Source: an uncultured Trueperaceae bacterium
Lineage (GTDB): Bacteria > Deinococcota > Deinococci > Deinococcales > Trueperaceae
Direction of reading: 5' to 3'
DNA length: 64,000 nucleotides
Assembly (NCBI GenBank): GCA_963815215.1
Contig: CAWFFU010000009.1
Coordinates: 64,001 to 128,000 of the forward strand
Position numbers and translations under genes: made by a program. This document shows positions 39,241 to 48,241 of this stretch, in pieces. Positions within the stretch are counted from its first letter, which is position 1. Every line of letters begins with the position of its first letter. The notes under the pieces were generated by a model, which saw only the letters and a program-made list of their open reading frames with translations, ran no database searches and had not been told where the DNA came from.

Positions 39241-40129
39241 GCTCGCAGACCTGGAGATGCGGGCCGCTACCGGGGCCGTCCCCGCCGGCGGCTCGTCCCG
39301 CCCCTCGGCCCTGCGTCGCCTGTTGCGCCAGCGCATGGGCGTGCTGGCGCTGGCGCTCCTGATCCCGCTCTACCTGGCCGCCTTCCTGGGTCCGGTGCTG
39401 TACCCCGTATCGCCGACCGCCACCGACCCCCTGCACTCCAACGCGGTGATGAGCGCCGCCCACCCGCTCGGCACCGATGAGCTGGGGCGTGACGAGCTGG
39501 CGCGCCTGCTCCACGGCGGACGGGTCACGCTGTCGGTGGGCCTGGTGTCGATGCTGGTGGCGCTCGCCGCGGGTTTGCTGGTCGGGGGCGTGGCGGGCTA
39601 CTACTCGGGCTGGGTCGAGGTGGCGCTGATGCGCTTCGTCGATATGTTCATGTCGATCCCGCCGTTCTTCCTGATCCTGGTCGAGCTGGCGGTGTTCGGG
39701 AACTCGCCGCCGGTGGTGATCGTGGTGGTGGGGCTCAGTTACTGGGGTCAGATCGCGCGCGTGGTGTACGCGGAGTTCCTGCGCTTCAGGAAGGCCGAGT
39801 TCGTCGAGGCGATGTCCGCGCTGGGCGCGCGCGGCCCGAGGATCCTGTTCCGCCACATCCTGCCCCAGGTCGTTCCCTCCGCGGTGGTGTTGGCCACGCT
39901 GGTGATCGCATGGTCGATCCTCACGGCGGCTGCTCTCAGCTACCTCGGGCTGGGCATCCAACCTCCCCTGGCGTCGTGGGGGAACATGCTGCAGAACGCC
40001 CAGTCCTACATCTGGCTGGACACCAAGCTGGCGGTCTTCCCCGGCGTGCTGATCGGTGCGTCGGTGCTGTCGTTCAACCTGCTGGGCAACGCCCTGCGGG
40101 ACGTCCTCGATCCGAAGAGCGCGAGGTGA
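39233..40129 (+). CDS. Peptide ABC permease (DppC-like)
   Basis: HPLGTDELGRD, EFVEAMSALGA, LSYLGLGIQPP. Confidence 0.93.
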   Translation: MAELADLEMRAATGAVPAGGSSRPSALRRLLRQRMGVLALALLIPLYLAAFLGPVLYPVSPTATDPLHSNAVMSAAHPLGTDELGRDELARLLHGGRVTLSVGLVSMLVALAAGLLVGGVAGYYSGWVEVALMRFVDMFMSIPPFFLILVELAVFGNSPPVVIVVVGLSYWGQIARVVYAEFLRFRKAEFVEAMSALGARGPRILFRHILPQVVPSAVVLATLVIAWSILTAAALSYLGLGIQPPLASWGNMLQNAQSYIWLDTKLAVFPGVLIGASVLSFNLLGNALRDVLDPKSAR

Positions 40130-40133
40130 GCCG

Positions 40134-41609
40134 GTGAACGTACGAGACTGGGAAGCGCTGCTGGGCGTGCTGCGCCCGCGTCTGGCGTCTCTGCGCGTGC
40201 GCGTGTACGGCAGCGGAGGCGCGCCGTTCCATCATCTCGCGCTGGCGTCGCTGTTCGGGGCCGAGGTCGAACCCATCGCCGCCGAGCGGATCCGCGCCGG
40301 CGCGCTCGAGGACGCGGACGTGCTCGTGATGCCCGGCGGCGGCGTGCGCGCCATGAGCGGGCTGCTCGAGCCCCTCGGCGTCGACGGCGCCCAGACGGTA
40401 CGCGGCTGGGTCGAGCGGGGCGGCATGTACGTCGGGTCCTGCGCGGGCTCGTTCCTGCCGGCCGCGGTCGGGGAGTCGTTCTGGAACGACAACCCGCAGG
40501 CCCGTGAGCTGTGCATGGTCAACGCGCAACTCTTCAACCGCGCGGATAGCGAGTGGGCGGGCCTCACCTCGCCGGGCGTCGGGACCGTGCACGTCAAGAC
40601 CGAACGACCGCGTCACTGGCTGGGCCGCGGGTTGCCCACGCAGTTCCGACTGGTGCACTACAACGGCCCGATGTTCGCGGCCCGGCCGGGCCGGCCACCG
40701 GCCCCGGAGCGGGTGGGCGGCGCGACGCTGTCCGAGGTGACGGGCGTGGCGCGCTTCCTGGAGGCCACCGAGGACTTCACCCCCGGCGAGGCGTTCCTGG
40801 GGGCGCCGCCGGCCGGTCCCACACTGTTCGAGAGCGGCGTCGCCGACGGGGCGTACAGTGCCGTCGCGGGCGGATACGGTGACGGCCGCGTCGTGCTCTT
40901 CGGCTCTCATCCGGAGTTCGGGCTCGACGGGGTGCAGCTCGGTTGGGACGAGGGTGTCCGCCTGTTCGCCAACGCGCTTCTCCACCAGGCCGGCCGGTCC
41001 GGCCGATCGAGCGAGGGCGCCCGCGCGGCGAGCGCCGGCGCCAGCCCATCGGACGGCGCGGCGGCCGCGGATGCGCTGGCCCGCGCCGCGACACTGGCGC
41101 GGGAGAACGCGGCGCGGTTCACCGAGCTCGCCGCGGTCGAGCCGGGGCGGTGGGCAGCGCCCGGCGCGGCGGCGCGCTTCCTCGGCCTGGAGGCGCGTGA
41201 GCTGTGGCTCCGGGCCGCACTGGACGCCGCCGCTGCGAGTGAGGCGACCGCCACCTACCTGGAGGGTCTGGAGCCGACAGGGGCCGCTCGGCGCACGCTC
41301 GAGCCGTGGCTCCACGCCCGTGCGCCCGAGGGCCAGGACTACGGCTTCGTGGGGCTGCTACCTCTGCTGGAGCGCGTGGGCGCGATGCAGGCCGCCGCTC
41401 TCGATGCCATCGACGCGACCGAACCGTACGGGCTGCAGGGGCCCTACGACGCCATGGACCGGCATCCCTACCAGCTCGCGCTGAGCTCATACCTGAGCGC
41501 GGCGGGCGTGGCCGCTTCGGGACTCCTGTGCGGGGTGGTGGTGGGGAGGCTTCTCGGGGACGACACGCTGCTTCCGTCCCCGCGGTTGCTGGCCGACCTG
41601 CACGGTTGA
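40134..41609 (+). CDS. BPL_N / class I glutamine-amidotransferase-like hydrolase with helical C-terminal extension
   Basis: MPGGG oxyanion loop, YVGSCAGS nucleophile elbow, SHPE His-x-Glu. Confidence 0.75.
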   Translation: MNVRDWEALLGVLRPRLASLRVRVYGSGGAPFHHLALASLFGAEVEPIAAERIRAGALEDADVLVMPGGGVRAMSGLLEPLGVDGAQTVRGWVERGGMYVGSCAGSFLPAAVGESFWNDNPQARELCMVNAQLFNRADSEWAGLTSPGVGTVHVKTERPRHWLGRGLPTQFRLVHYNGPMFAARPGRPPAPERVGGATLSEVTGVARFLEATEDFTPGEAFLGAPPAGPTLFESGVADGAYSAVAGGYGDGRVVLFGSHPEFGLDGVQLGWDEGVRLFANALLHQAGRSGRSSEGARAASAGASPSDGAAAADALARAATLARENAARFTELAAVEPGRWAAPGAAARFLGLEARELWLRAALDAAAASEATATYLEGLEPTGAARRTLEPWLHARAPEGQDYGFVGLLPLLERVGAMQAAALDAIDATEPYGLQGPYDAMDRHPYQLALSSYLSAAGVAASGLLCGVVVGRLLGDDTLLPSPRLLADLHG

Positions 41610-41650
41610 ACCGGGCGCCGCTCCGGCCGGTCGCGGCTCGACGCTGACAG

Positions 41651-41684
41651 CAGGGCCCCAGCCGGTGTCGGCACTGGGGCCCTG
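41651..41684. terminator. Hairpin between convergent operons (probably bidirectional)
   Basis: CAGGGCCCCAG..CTGGGGCCCTG 11-bp stem between the stops at 41609 and 41724. Confidence 0.6.
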
Positions 41685-41723
41685 TTCGTGACGATGGAGA
41701 GCGTTACGCCCCGGTCGGACGGG

Positions 41724-42926
41724 CTAGCGGTACCAGGCCTCCTGCAGCACGCGGAAGACGTTGCCGCCGATGGCCTTGCCGATGTCCTCGTCTGAGTAGC
41801 CGTGCTTGACGAGCCAGCGCACGATGTTCGGGAAGGTCTCGCCCGGGTTCTCCAGACCCTCGACGTACGGCACCTCGGGGTACGGCCGGTTTCCGCGCGA
41901 GGCGCCGATGGAGAGCTGCTCGGCGAGCGCGTGGTGGAGGCCGACGTGATCGCCGAACAGCGCGTCGGGACCGAAGGCGACGTGGTCGATACCGACCAGG
42001 TCGACGCAGTACTCGAAGTGTTCCATGAACGACTCGATCGAGTGGCGCGGCTGCTTCTCGGTGATGGTGGTATGAGGAGCCGCTTCTATGCCGATCACGC
42101 CGCCCTTCTCCGCGCACGCCTTGATGACGTCGTCGGGCTTCAGGCGGTTGCTGTTCCATAGCGCGCGGGCACCGGCGTGGGTGATGAAGATGGGCTTCTC
42201 GCTGACCTCGATGGTATCGAGGGCCGTCTGGTCGCCGGAGTGCGAGACGTCGATGGCGATGCCGAGCTTGTTCATGCGCTTCACGGCCTGCCGCCCGAAG
42301 ACGGTCAGGCCGCCGTCGCGGGGTTCCTTCAGGCCGGCGCCGAGGGCGTTGCCCTCGCTGTAGGCGATGCCGAGGGCGCGCACGCCCAGCCCGTAGAGGA
42401 CGTCGATGCGGTCGAGCTCGTTCTCGATCATGGCGGCACCCTCGATGCTCACCACGAAGGCGATCTTGCCGTTCTCCCGGGCGTGGACGAGGTCCTCGGT
42501 CGTCGTCGCCAGAACCACCATGTCCTGGTGCGCGATGTCCGACAGCCGCATGCCGATGTCGAACACGACATCGTCCCACTTCCAGCCGGCGCGCGAGGTC
42601 ACCATGGCGGTGCCGTCCATCATGTTGTCGAACACCACGTCCAGGCCCGAATGCGCCAGGCCCTCGTAGCCGGTGAAGTCGCGGCCCTGTCGGCGGAACT
42701 CCATGAAGCCGTCGAGGTTCTCGGGTGCCACGAAGCAGTGGTCGTGGAGCGAGATGACGAGGTTCTCCTCGAAGAGCCGAACGACCCGCGCCTCCTGCTC
42801 GGTGTCGAGCGGGATCGAGAAGGCGGGGACCCGACCCACCTCCTTGGCCAGCGGGTAGGCCTTGTAGTCCACGCCGGGCTCGAGGTACTGGAACGAGCGG
42901 TAGCCCTTGTACTGTTTCGGTTTCAC
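41724..42926 (-). CDS. M19 family (membrane/renal-type) dipeptidase
   Basis: SLHDH, SIEG, GLTVFGRQAVKRMNKLGIAIDVSH, ITHAG, GIDHVAFGPD. Confidence 0.9.
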   Translation of the reverse strand: MKPKQYKGYRSFQYLEPGVDYKAYPLAKEVGRVPAFSIPLDTEQEARVVRLFEENLVISLHDHCFVAPENLDGFMEFRRQGRDFTGYEGLAHSGLDVVFDNMMDGTAMVTSRAGWKWDDVVFDIGMRLSDIAHQDMVVLATTTEDLVHARENGKIAFVVSIEGAAMIENELDRIDVLYGLGVRALGIAYSEGNALGAGLKEPRDGGLTVFGRQAVKRMNKLGIAIDVSHSGDQTALDTIEVSEKPIFITHAGARALWNSNRLKPDDVIKACAEKGGVIGIEAAPHTTITEKQPRHSIESFMEHFEYCVDLVGIDHVAFGPDALFGDHVGLHHALAEQLSIGASRGNRPYPEVPYVEGLENPGETFPNIVRWLVKHGYSDEDIGKAIGGNVFRVLQEAWYR

Positions 42927-42968
42927 ACCTAGGACCTCCTCGGGTGGGGTTCGCGCCGGCGGGCCCGG

Positions 42969-44693
42969 CTAGGGCAGGGCCCGCTCGACGCGCCGGGTGG
43001 CGTCGCGAAGGGTCGCGATGACACGATTGCGACCCCGTAGCAGCTCCATCTGCGCGAAGCCCACCTTGTCCGCCGGCATCCCGGCGAGATCGCGGGCCAG
43101 GGCGAGGTCGGGGAGCTGGGGGATGGTGAGGGCGGGGTCGTGCCGGAATGCGCCCTGCGTCGTGAAGTTGATGGGAACGAGTAGGCGCGCCAGCGTCTGG
43201 ATGACGTCGTTCGCCTCCGCCGCCGCCACGCCGCCGTTCGCCACGCCCGCATAGAAGCGTTCCAGGGCGCGATCCAGGGTGCCGACCGCTTCCACGGCCG
43301 GGGCCAGGTCGAAGCGCTCGCCGGCCGCGCTCTGGTAGCGTGCCAGGACCTGGTGGAACTCGGCCGTGGTGGCGCGCCAGTCGAACGGAAGGACGTCGAC
43401 GTTGGCGTTGCGGAAGGCCGCCAACGCGTAGATCTTGATGTCGTCGAGGAGGATGTCGCGATCGGCGATCTCGAGCGTATCGTTCTCGGTGTGCCAGGCG
43501 ATGTTGCCGCCGCAGCCGCCGACGCCGTAGTAGCCCTTGGTCCCGCGCAGGTCGTCGGGCATGGTCGACAGGAGCATGAAGTAGCCGCTGATGCCGATGT
43601 TGTTGAACGAGTAGTCGCCGGCCTGGGCGGCGCGCTCCGCCACCATGGCCTTGCCGGTGACGTCGCGGATGATGCCGGCCGCGAAGGGCTCGGTCTCCGC
43701 GGTCAGGGATACGTCCTTGTACTCGGTTGCCCAGCGGCAGCCTGGGGAGTCGCAGTTGATCTGCGAAACGCAGTCCTCGTACAGATCGAGCGCGAAGGTG
43801 TCGGCGAACCAGGTGCTGCCGGCGTAGCGGCCGGTGGAGTGCCCGGGCCACCAGGCGATGCGCACGGAACGGCGCAGGTCGGCCTGGTGCGCCTTCAGGA
43901 CCCGTGCTACCTCGAGCATGGTGGCGTCGCCGGTGGCATTGTCGCCGATGCCGATGCCCCAGGAGTCATAGTGGCCGTGGAGGAGGACGAACTTGTCGGG
44001 CTCGACGCGGCCGCGGATCTCGACGACCGGGACCTTGGAGACGAACCAGCCCTCCTCCATCTCGGCGAACACGGTGACGGTGGCGTTCTCGGCAGCGAGC
44101 GCCTTCAGGCGGTCGCCGTCGGGGCGGTTGACCGCGACGGCCGGGATGCCCGGCTTGCGGTCGAGATCGTTCAGGCCAGGCGTACCCCACACGGTGGTGC
44201 ACGTGCCCCAGTGGATGTCCTGCCCCGGATTGATGGCGATCATCCCGAGGGCGCCGGCCGCTTCGAAGTGAGCGGTGTTGGCGGGGCTCGCGAACCCCTC
44301 GGTCAGCACGATCTTGCCCTTCACGTCGACCTGTCGCGCGGCCTCGACGTCGAGCGTGTCGAAGACGTCGTCGCTTCCGGCAGCGAAGGTCGCCGGTACG
44401 TAGACCAGGGGAGCGGCCAGACCGTCGCGCGAGTCCACGCTGTAGGAGGGGGGCTTGGCCCGGAACGTCGCGCCGCCCGCCTCCACCCGCGCGCTCTTGG
44501 GCAGGCTCAGGTAGAGTTCGGGCTCGTGGACCGTGACCGGGATGTCCAGGGCCCTCAGGCGCTCGACGAGCGCGTCGGCGGCTCGGTTCGCTTCCGTCGG
44601 GTGTTCGCGCACGATCTCCGCGAACCGTTCGATCAACGCCCACGGCGCGTCCAGCGAGACGTCGGCCAGCAGGCTCCGCTCTAGATCGTTCAT
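42969..44693 (-). CDS. M28 family peptidase with PA domain
   Basis: HGHYDSW, GDNATG, NCDSPG, WHTENDT; PA-domain DVKGKIVL. Confidence 0.88.
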   Translation of the reverse strand: MNDLERSLLADVSLDAPWALIERFAEIVREHPTEANRAADALVERLRALDIPVTVHEPELYLSLPKSARVEAGGATFRAKPPSYSVDSRDGLAAPLVYVPATFAAGSDDVFDTLDVEAARQVDVKGKIVLTEGFASPANTAHFEAAGALGMIAINPGQDIHWGTCTTVWGTPGLNDLDRKPGIPAVAVNRPDGDRLKALAAENATVTVFAEMEEGWFVSKVPVVEIRGRVEPDKFVLLHGHYDSWGIGIGDNATGDATMLEVARVLKAHQADLRRSVRIAWWPGHSTGRYAGSTWFADTFALDLYEDCVSQINCDSPGCRWATEYKDVSLTAETEPFAAGIIRDVTGKAMVAERAAQAGDYSFNNIGISGYFMLLSTMPDDLRGTKGYYGVGGCGGNIAWHTENDTLEIADRDILLDDIKIYALAAFRNANVDVLPFDWRATTAEFHQVLARYQSAAGERFDLAPAVEAVGTLDRALERFYAGVANGGVAAAEANDVIQTLARLLVPINFTTQGAFRHDPALTIPQLPDLALARDLAGMPADKVGFAQMELLRGRNRVIATLRDATRRVERALP

Positions 44694-44726
44694 GGGTCCT
44701 CTCCTTCGAGGCCACGGCGCATGCAG

Positions 44727-44751
44727 GTTTTAGTAGACGAAACGCCGTTTC
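44727..44751 (-). promoter_or_regulatory. Second copy of the candidate IclR operator, upstream of the M28/M19 operon
   Basis: Minus strand GAAACGGCGTTTCGTCTACTAAAAC, downstream of a TTGCGC-18-TACCAT promoter-like element. Confidence 0.65.
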
Positions 44752-45077
44752 ACCTAGGAATATGCGGATGGTATCGCACCGGCGCGGGCGAGCGCAAGGG
44801 GAGATCCCGAGCCGGGCCCGTGGAGACGGACGACTACCACGTGGAATCCAAGGGTCGCCTCTCCCGGACGGCGTTGCTCGGGCGTAGCGACGCGTGCGTC
44901 GGGGAGGATGTCCGGTCACGCGAGCCTTCCGCCGCCGGACTCCAGCGCGTTGCCATGGATCGCAACGTCCCGCTGTCGTCGAGGCTGCACACGAATGCGC
45001 GAATGCATACTATGTTCGCATATCCAGACGGCGGCGCCGCATGGGCGCCGTCATCGCTCCGGCCCCGAAGGGACCCC

Positions 45078-45551
45078 GTGACCACAACGCATCCAGCGAT
45101 CGTCTTGACGACCTTCACGTTCGAAGACGAGGCGGAGCGCTCTGCTTTCCAGCGCGACCGCCTCGACGCCGTGGCCCGCTTCCTGTTCGAGCATCTCGGG
45201 CGCTACGGCGACCCCCTCGAGCACATCGAGCGTTGCCTGCGGCGCGCCAGCGGCAGCGCCGCCACCGACGGCGGCAGCGTCATCCTCGCCGAGTACGGCG
45301 CGGAGATCGTCGGCGCCGTGGTGACCAACGACACCCACATGGCGCAGTACACGCCCGAGAACCTGCTGGTCTACATCGCCACCCACGCCCAGCACCGTGG
45401 CCGCGGCATCGGCTCCGCGCTGATGGAGCGCGCCCTTGCCTCGGTCGATGGCAACGTGGCGCTGCACGTCGAACACGACAACCCCGCCGTGGCGCTGTAC
45501 CGCAAGCTCGGCTTCACCAACAAGTACCTCGAGATGCGGCTGGAGCGCTGA
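45078..45551 (+). CDS. GNAT family N-acetyltransferase
   Basis: Acetyl-CoA motif HRGRGIGSALM; NPAVALYRKLGF. Confidence 0.9.
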   Translation: MTTTHPAIVLTTFTFEDEAERSAFQRDRLDAVARFLFEHLGRYGDPLEHIERCLRRASGSAATDGGSVILAEYGAEIVGAVVTNDTHMAQYTPENLLVYIATHAQHRGRGIGSALMERALASVDGNVALHVEHDNPAVALYRKLGFTNKYLEMRLER

Positions 45552-45552
45552 G

Positions 45553-46656
45553 ATGGCCACGCTGACGCTGAACCGCGACGCACTGCTGACCAACTTCGCC
45601 GAGCTCGAGCGCCGCATGGCCGGGCACGGCATGGCCTGGGGCGTGGTGACCAAGCTGCTGTGCGGTCACGAGCCGCTGCTGCGCGAGGTGCTGGCGCTGG
45701 GTCCGTCCCACGTGATGGACGCGCGGACCAGCAACCTCCGCACCATCAAGGGCATCGACCCCGACATGCCGACCGTCTACATCAAGCCGCCCGCGCCCGG
45801 CAACGCCCATGACGTGGTGCGCTGGGCCGACATCAGCTTCAACACCGAGCTGGCGACGCTGGCGGCGCTCGACGAGGAGGCCGCCCGTCAGGGCGTGACC
45901 CACCGCGTGGTGGTGATGGTGGAGATGGGCGACCTGCGCGAGGGCATCCGCGACGAGCAGCTGCTCGACTTCGTCGGCCGCGCCCTGCGCTTCGAGCACC
46001 TGCACCTGCAGGGGTTGGGGACGAACTTCAACTGCCTCAACGGAACGGTGCCGAGCGAGGCCAAGCTGCGCCGGCTCGGCCGCATGCGTGATCGGGTGGA
46101 GCGCCGCTTCGGCATCGACTTGCCCTGGGTGTCGGGCGGCACCACGGTGGCGCTGCCGATGCTGTTCCAGGGTCGCGTGCCCGCCGAGGTGAACCACTTC
46201 CGGGTGGGGGAGGGGCTGTTCTTCGGCCGCGACCTGATCTCGGGCGAGCGCTTCGACCGCATGCGCGACGACGTCTTCCGGCTCGAGGCGGAGGTGATCG
46301 AGGTGCGGGAGAAGCCCAACGCCCCCTCGGGACCCTTCGGGGAGACGCCCTTCGGCGGCGTGGGGGACGCCGGAGACGACGCAGGCACCTCGCGCCGCGC
46401 GCTGCTCGATCTCGGCTGGCTCGATCTGCAGCCGGAGTTCCTGACGCCCGAGGACGAGGGTGTCGAGATCGTCGACCTGTCGAGCGACATCACCGTCGTC
46501 GACGTGACCCGCCGTGCCGGACGCACCCGTGTGGGCGACCGACTGCGGTTCCGGCTGCGCTACATGGGTGCGCTCAAGCTGCTGAACTCCGACTACGTCG
46601 ACAAGGCCGTGACGGGGCGCGGTCAGCCCGTGCCGGCGGGCCGGGGCGCGAGCTGA
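45553..46656 (+). CDS. Alanine/ornithine racemase-family PLP enzyme (fold type III)
   Basis: GVVTKLLCG (PLP Lys), EMGDLREG, GTNFNC, SGGTT, HFRVGEG, SSDI. Confidence 0.85.
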   Translation: MATLTLNRDALLTNFAELERRMAGHGMAWGVVTKLLCGHEPLLREVLALGPSHVMDARTSNLRTIKGIDPDMPTVYIKPPAPGNAHDVVRWADISFNTELATLAALDEEAARQGVTHRVVVMVEMGDLREGIRDEQLLDFVGRALRFEHLHLQGLGTNFNCLNGTVPSEAKLRRLGRMRDRVERRFGIDLPWVSGGTTVALPMLFQGRVPAEVNHFRVGEGLFFGRDLISGERFDRMRDDVFRLEAEVIEVREKPNAPSGPFGETPFGGVGDAGDDAGTSRRALLDLGWLDLQPEFLTPEDEGVEIVDLSSDITVVDVTRRAGRTRVGDRLRFRLRYMGALKLLNSDYVDKAVTGRGQPVPAGRGAS

Positions 46657-46663
46657 CGATCCG

Positions 46664-48241
46664 TCACGGCGCGCTCTCGCGCACGAGCACGAGCGCCCAG
46701 GCCCGGAACGGCGGCAACTCGACGATGTCGTACCGACCCTCGAGGGTCGACGGCAGCGCAGCCAGTCCCGGCCTCGCGTCCGGGTCGGCGAAGAGGACGT
46801 CGGGAGGCTCGCGGCGCACCCGCTCGACCGCCACCCGGAGCCCGGCCAGCGGGAACGACGGCTGCTTGCCCGCGTCCCAACGATCCTCGCTCTGCGCCGA
46901 CAGATCGATCAGGCTCAGGAGCAAGCCGTGCTCGGTGCGGACGGCCCGGACCCAGAGCGTGCCCGGCTCGGCATCGGTCGCTACGGGGACCGACGCCTCC
47001 ACCCGCATCTCCAGGTTGGCGCCGCCCAGGACCGTTCGCGTCACGTCGACGGCCGTCGGATCGAACAACAGGTCGCCGTAGCGGACGGCGAAGTCGTAGC
47101 TGTTCCGCGTTGCCGCCAGGCTGGCAGCGCTCAGGCGCTTGTGGTGGACGTAGTACGCCTCGGTGAGCACGGCGTCCTCTTCGCCATGGAGGAGCGCTCC
47201 GCCGCCGTGCGACCAGACCGTTGCCAGCAGCAACCGCTCGGCGACATTCGCCGCGGCCTCATCGCCCCTGTAGGACGAGAGGTAGGCGGCCAGGATCGGC
47301 GCCTTGTCGGGCGCCAGCGCCCTGGCCTTCTCCACCAGTCCGGAGAGGTGCCGCAGGCGCTCGTGCGGCGGCCACACCTCGATGTAGGTCGCGTCCTGCC
47401 GCGCGCGCGCCGTGGCCCAGGTGGGGAAGTCGTTGACATTGTTGAAGATCAGGCGGCTGCCCGGGAGCTCGCCCGCGAGCCGGTCGACGAGCGCGGGGAA
47501 CGCCGCGGCGAGATCGACCTCGCTGCCGTCGGCCCGCAGCGCGCGCTTCGGCGCACCGTACTGGTCGAGGTGGAAGCCCGCGAAACCGACCTCATTTTGC
47601 GCCCTGCGCAGTTGCTCGGCGAGATGGTCCAGCCAGCCCTCGTGAGTCGGATCCACGTTCCAGAGGAAATCCTCCCCCAACGTCCAGGGGGATCCGTCGG
47701 CGCGGAACAGCCCGGCCCGCCGCCAGGCCGCCCAGGCCTCCCGGCCGACGGCGTAGACGGCCGCGTAGCCGATCGGCAATGCTCCGGCCGCGCGCAGGTC
47801 GCGGGCCAGCCGCCGCACCGTGTCGAGGGACAGGCGCTGCCCCAGCGCATCCTCGAACAGGTCCTCCGGAGGCAGCAGGGTGGCGTGGCGGTACATCCAG
47901 TCGTAGAACTGCACCGAGTTGAGGTGTAGGCGGCGGGCCTGGTCCACGACGGCGGCCGTGTCGCGACCACTGGCGTAGTCCGAGACGAAGCCGTAGCGCG
48001 GCCGTTCGAACGGGTCGGCGAGAACGTCCACGGCGGTCCGTGCGCCGGCGGCCTCGACGCCGTAACCGCCTTCGGGCTGAGCGGGGAAGCGGGCCACGGT
48101 GCCGCCGCTCGGGACCGTCGCGACGGTCACCCGTCGATCGAGGTGCCACAGCGACAGCTCGACCGGCCCGGCGGCGCCACGAACCTCGATGTCGATGGCT
48201 TCGCCGGGGGCGAAGCTCGCTCGGGTCGGCAGGAGCTCCAT
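46664..48241 (-). CDS. Glycoside hydrolase family 66 (dextranase-like), no signal peptide
   Basis: RPRYGFVSDY, NSVQFYDWMYRH, GFHLDQYG (nucleophile), YIEVW (acid/base), ILAAYL. Confidence 0.87.
   Translation of the reverse strand: MELLPTRASFAPGEAIDIEVRGAAGPVELSLWHLDRRVTVATVPSGGTVARFPAQPEGGYGVEAAGARTAVDVLADPFERPRYGFVSDYASGRDTAAVVDQARRLHLNSVQFYDWMYRHATLLPPEDLFEDALGQRLSLDTVRRLARDLRAAGALPIGYAAVYAVGREAWAAWRRAGLFRADGSPWTLGEDFLWNVDPTHEGWLDHLAEQLRRAQNEVGFAGFHLDQYGAPKRALRADGSEVDLAAAFPALVDRLAGELPGSRLIFNNVNDFPTWATARARQDATYIEVWPPHERLRHLSGLVEKARALAPDKAPILAAYLSSYRGDEAAANVAERLLLATVWSHGGGALLHGEEDAVLTEAYYVHHKRLSAASLAATRNSYDFAVRYGDLLFDPTAVDVTRTVLGGANLEMRVEASVPVATDAEPGTLWVRAVRTEHGLLLSLIDLSAQSEDRWDAGKQPSFPLAGLRVAVERVRREPPDVLFADPDARPGLAALPSTLEGRYDIVELPPFRAWALVLVRESAP

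Noticed and set aside
40134..41609. Biotin-protein ligase
   Set aside because: Only the GATase-like N-terminal type domain; no GRGR/KWPND ligase motifs.
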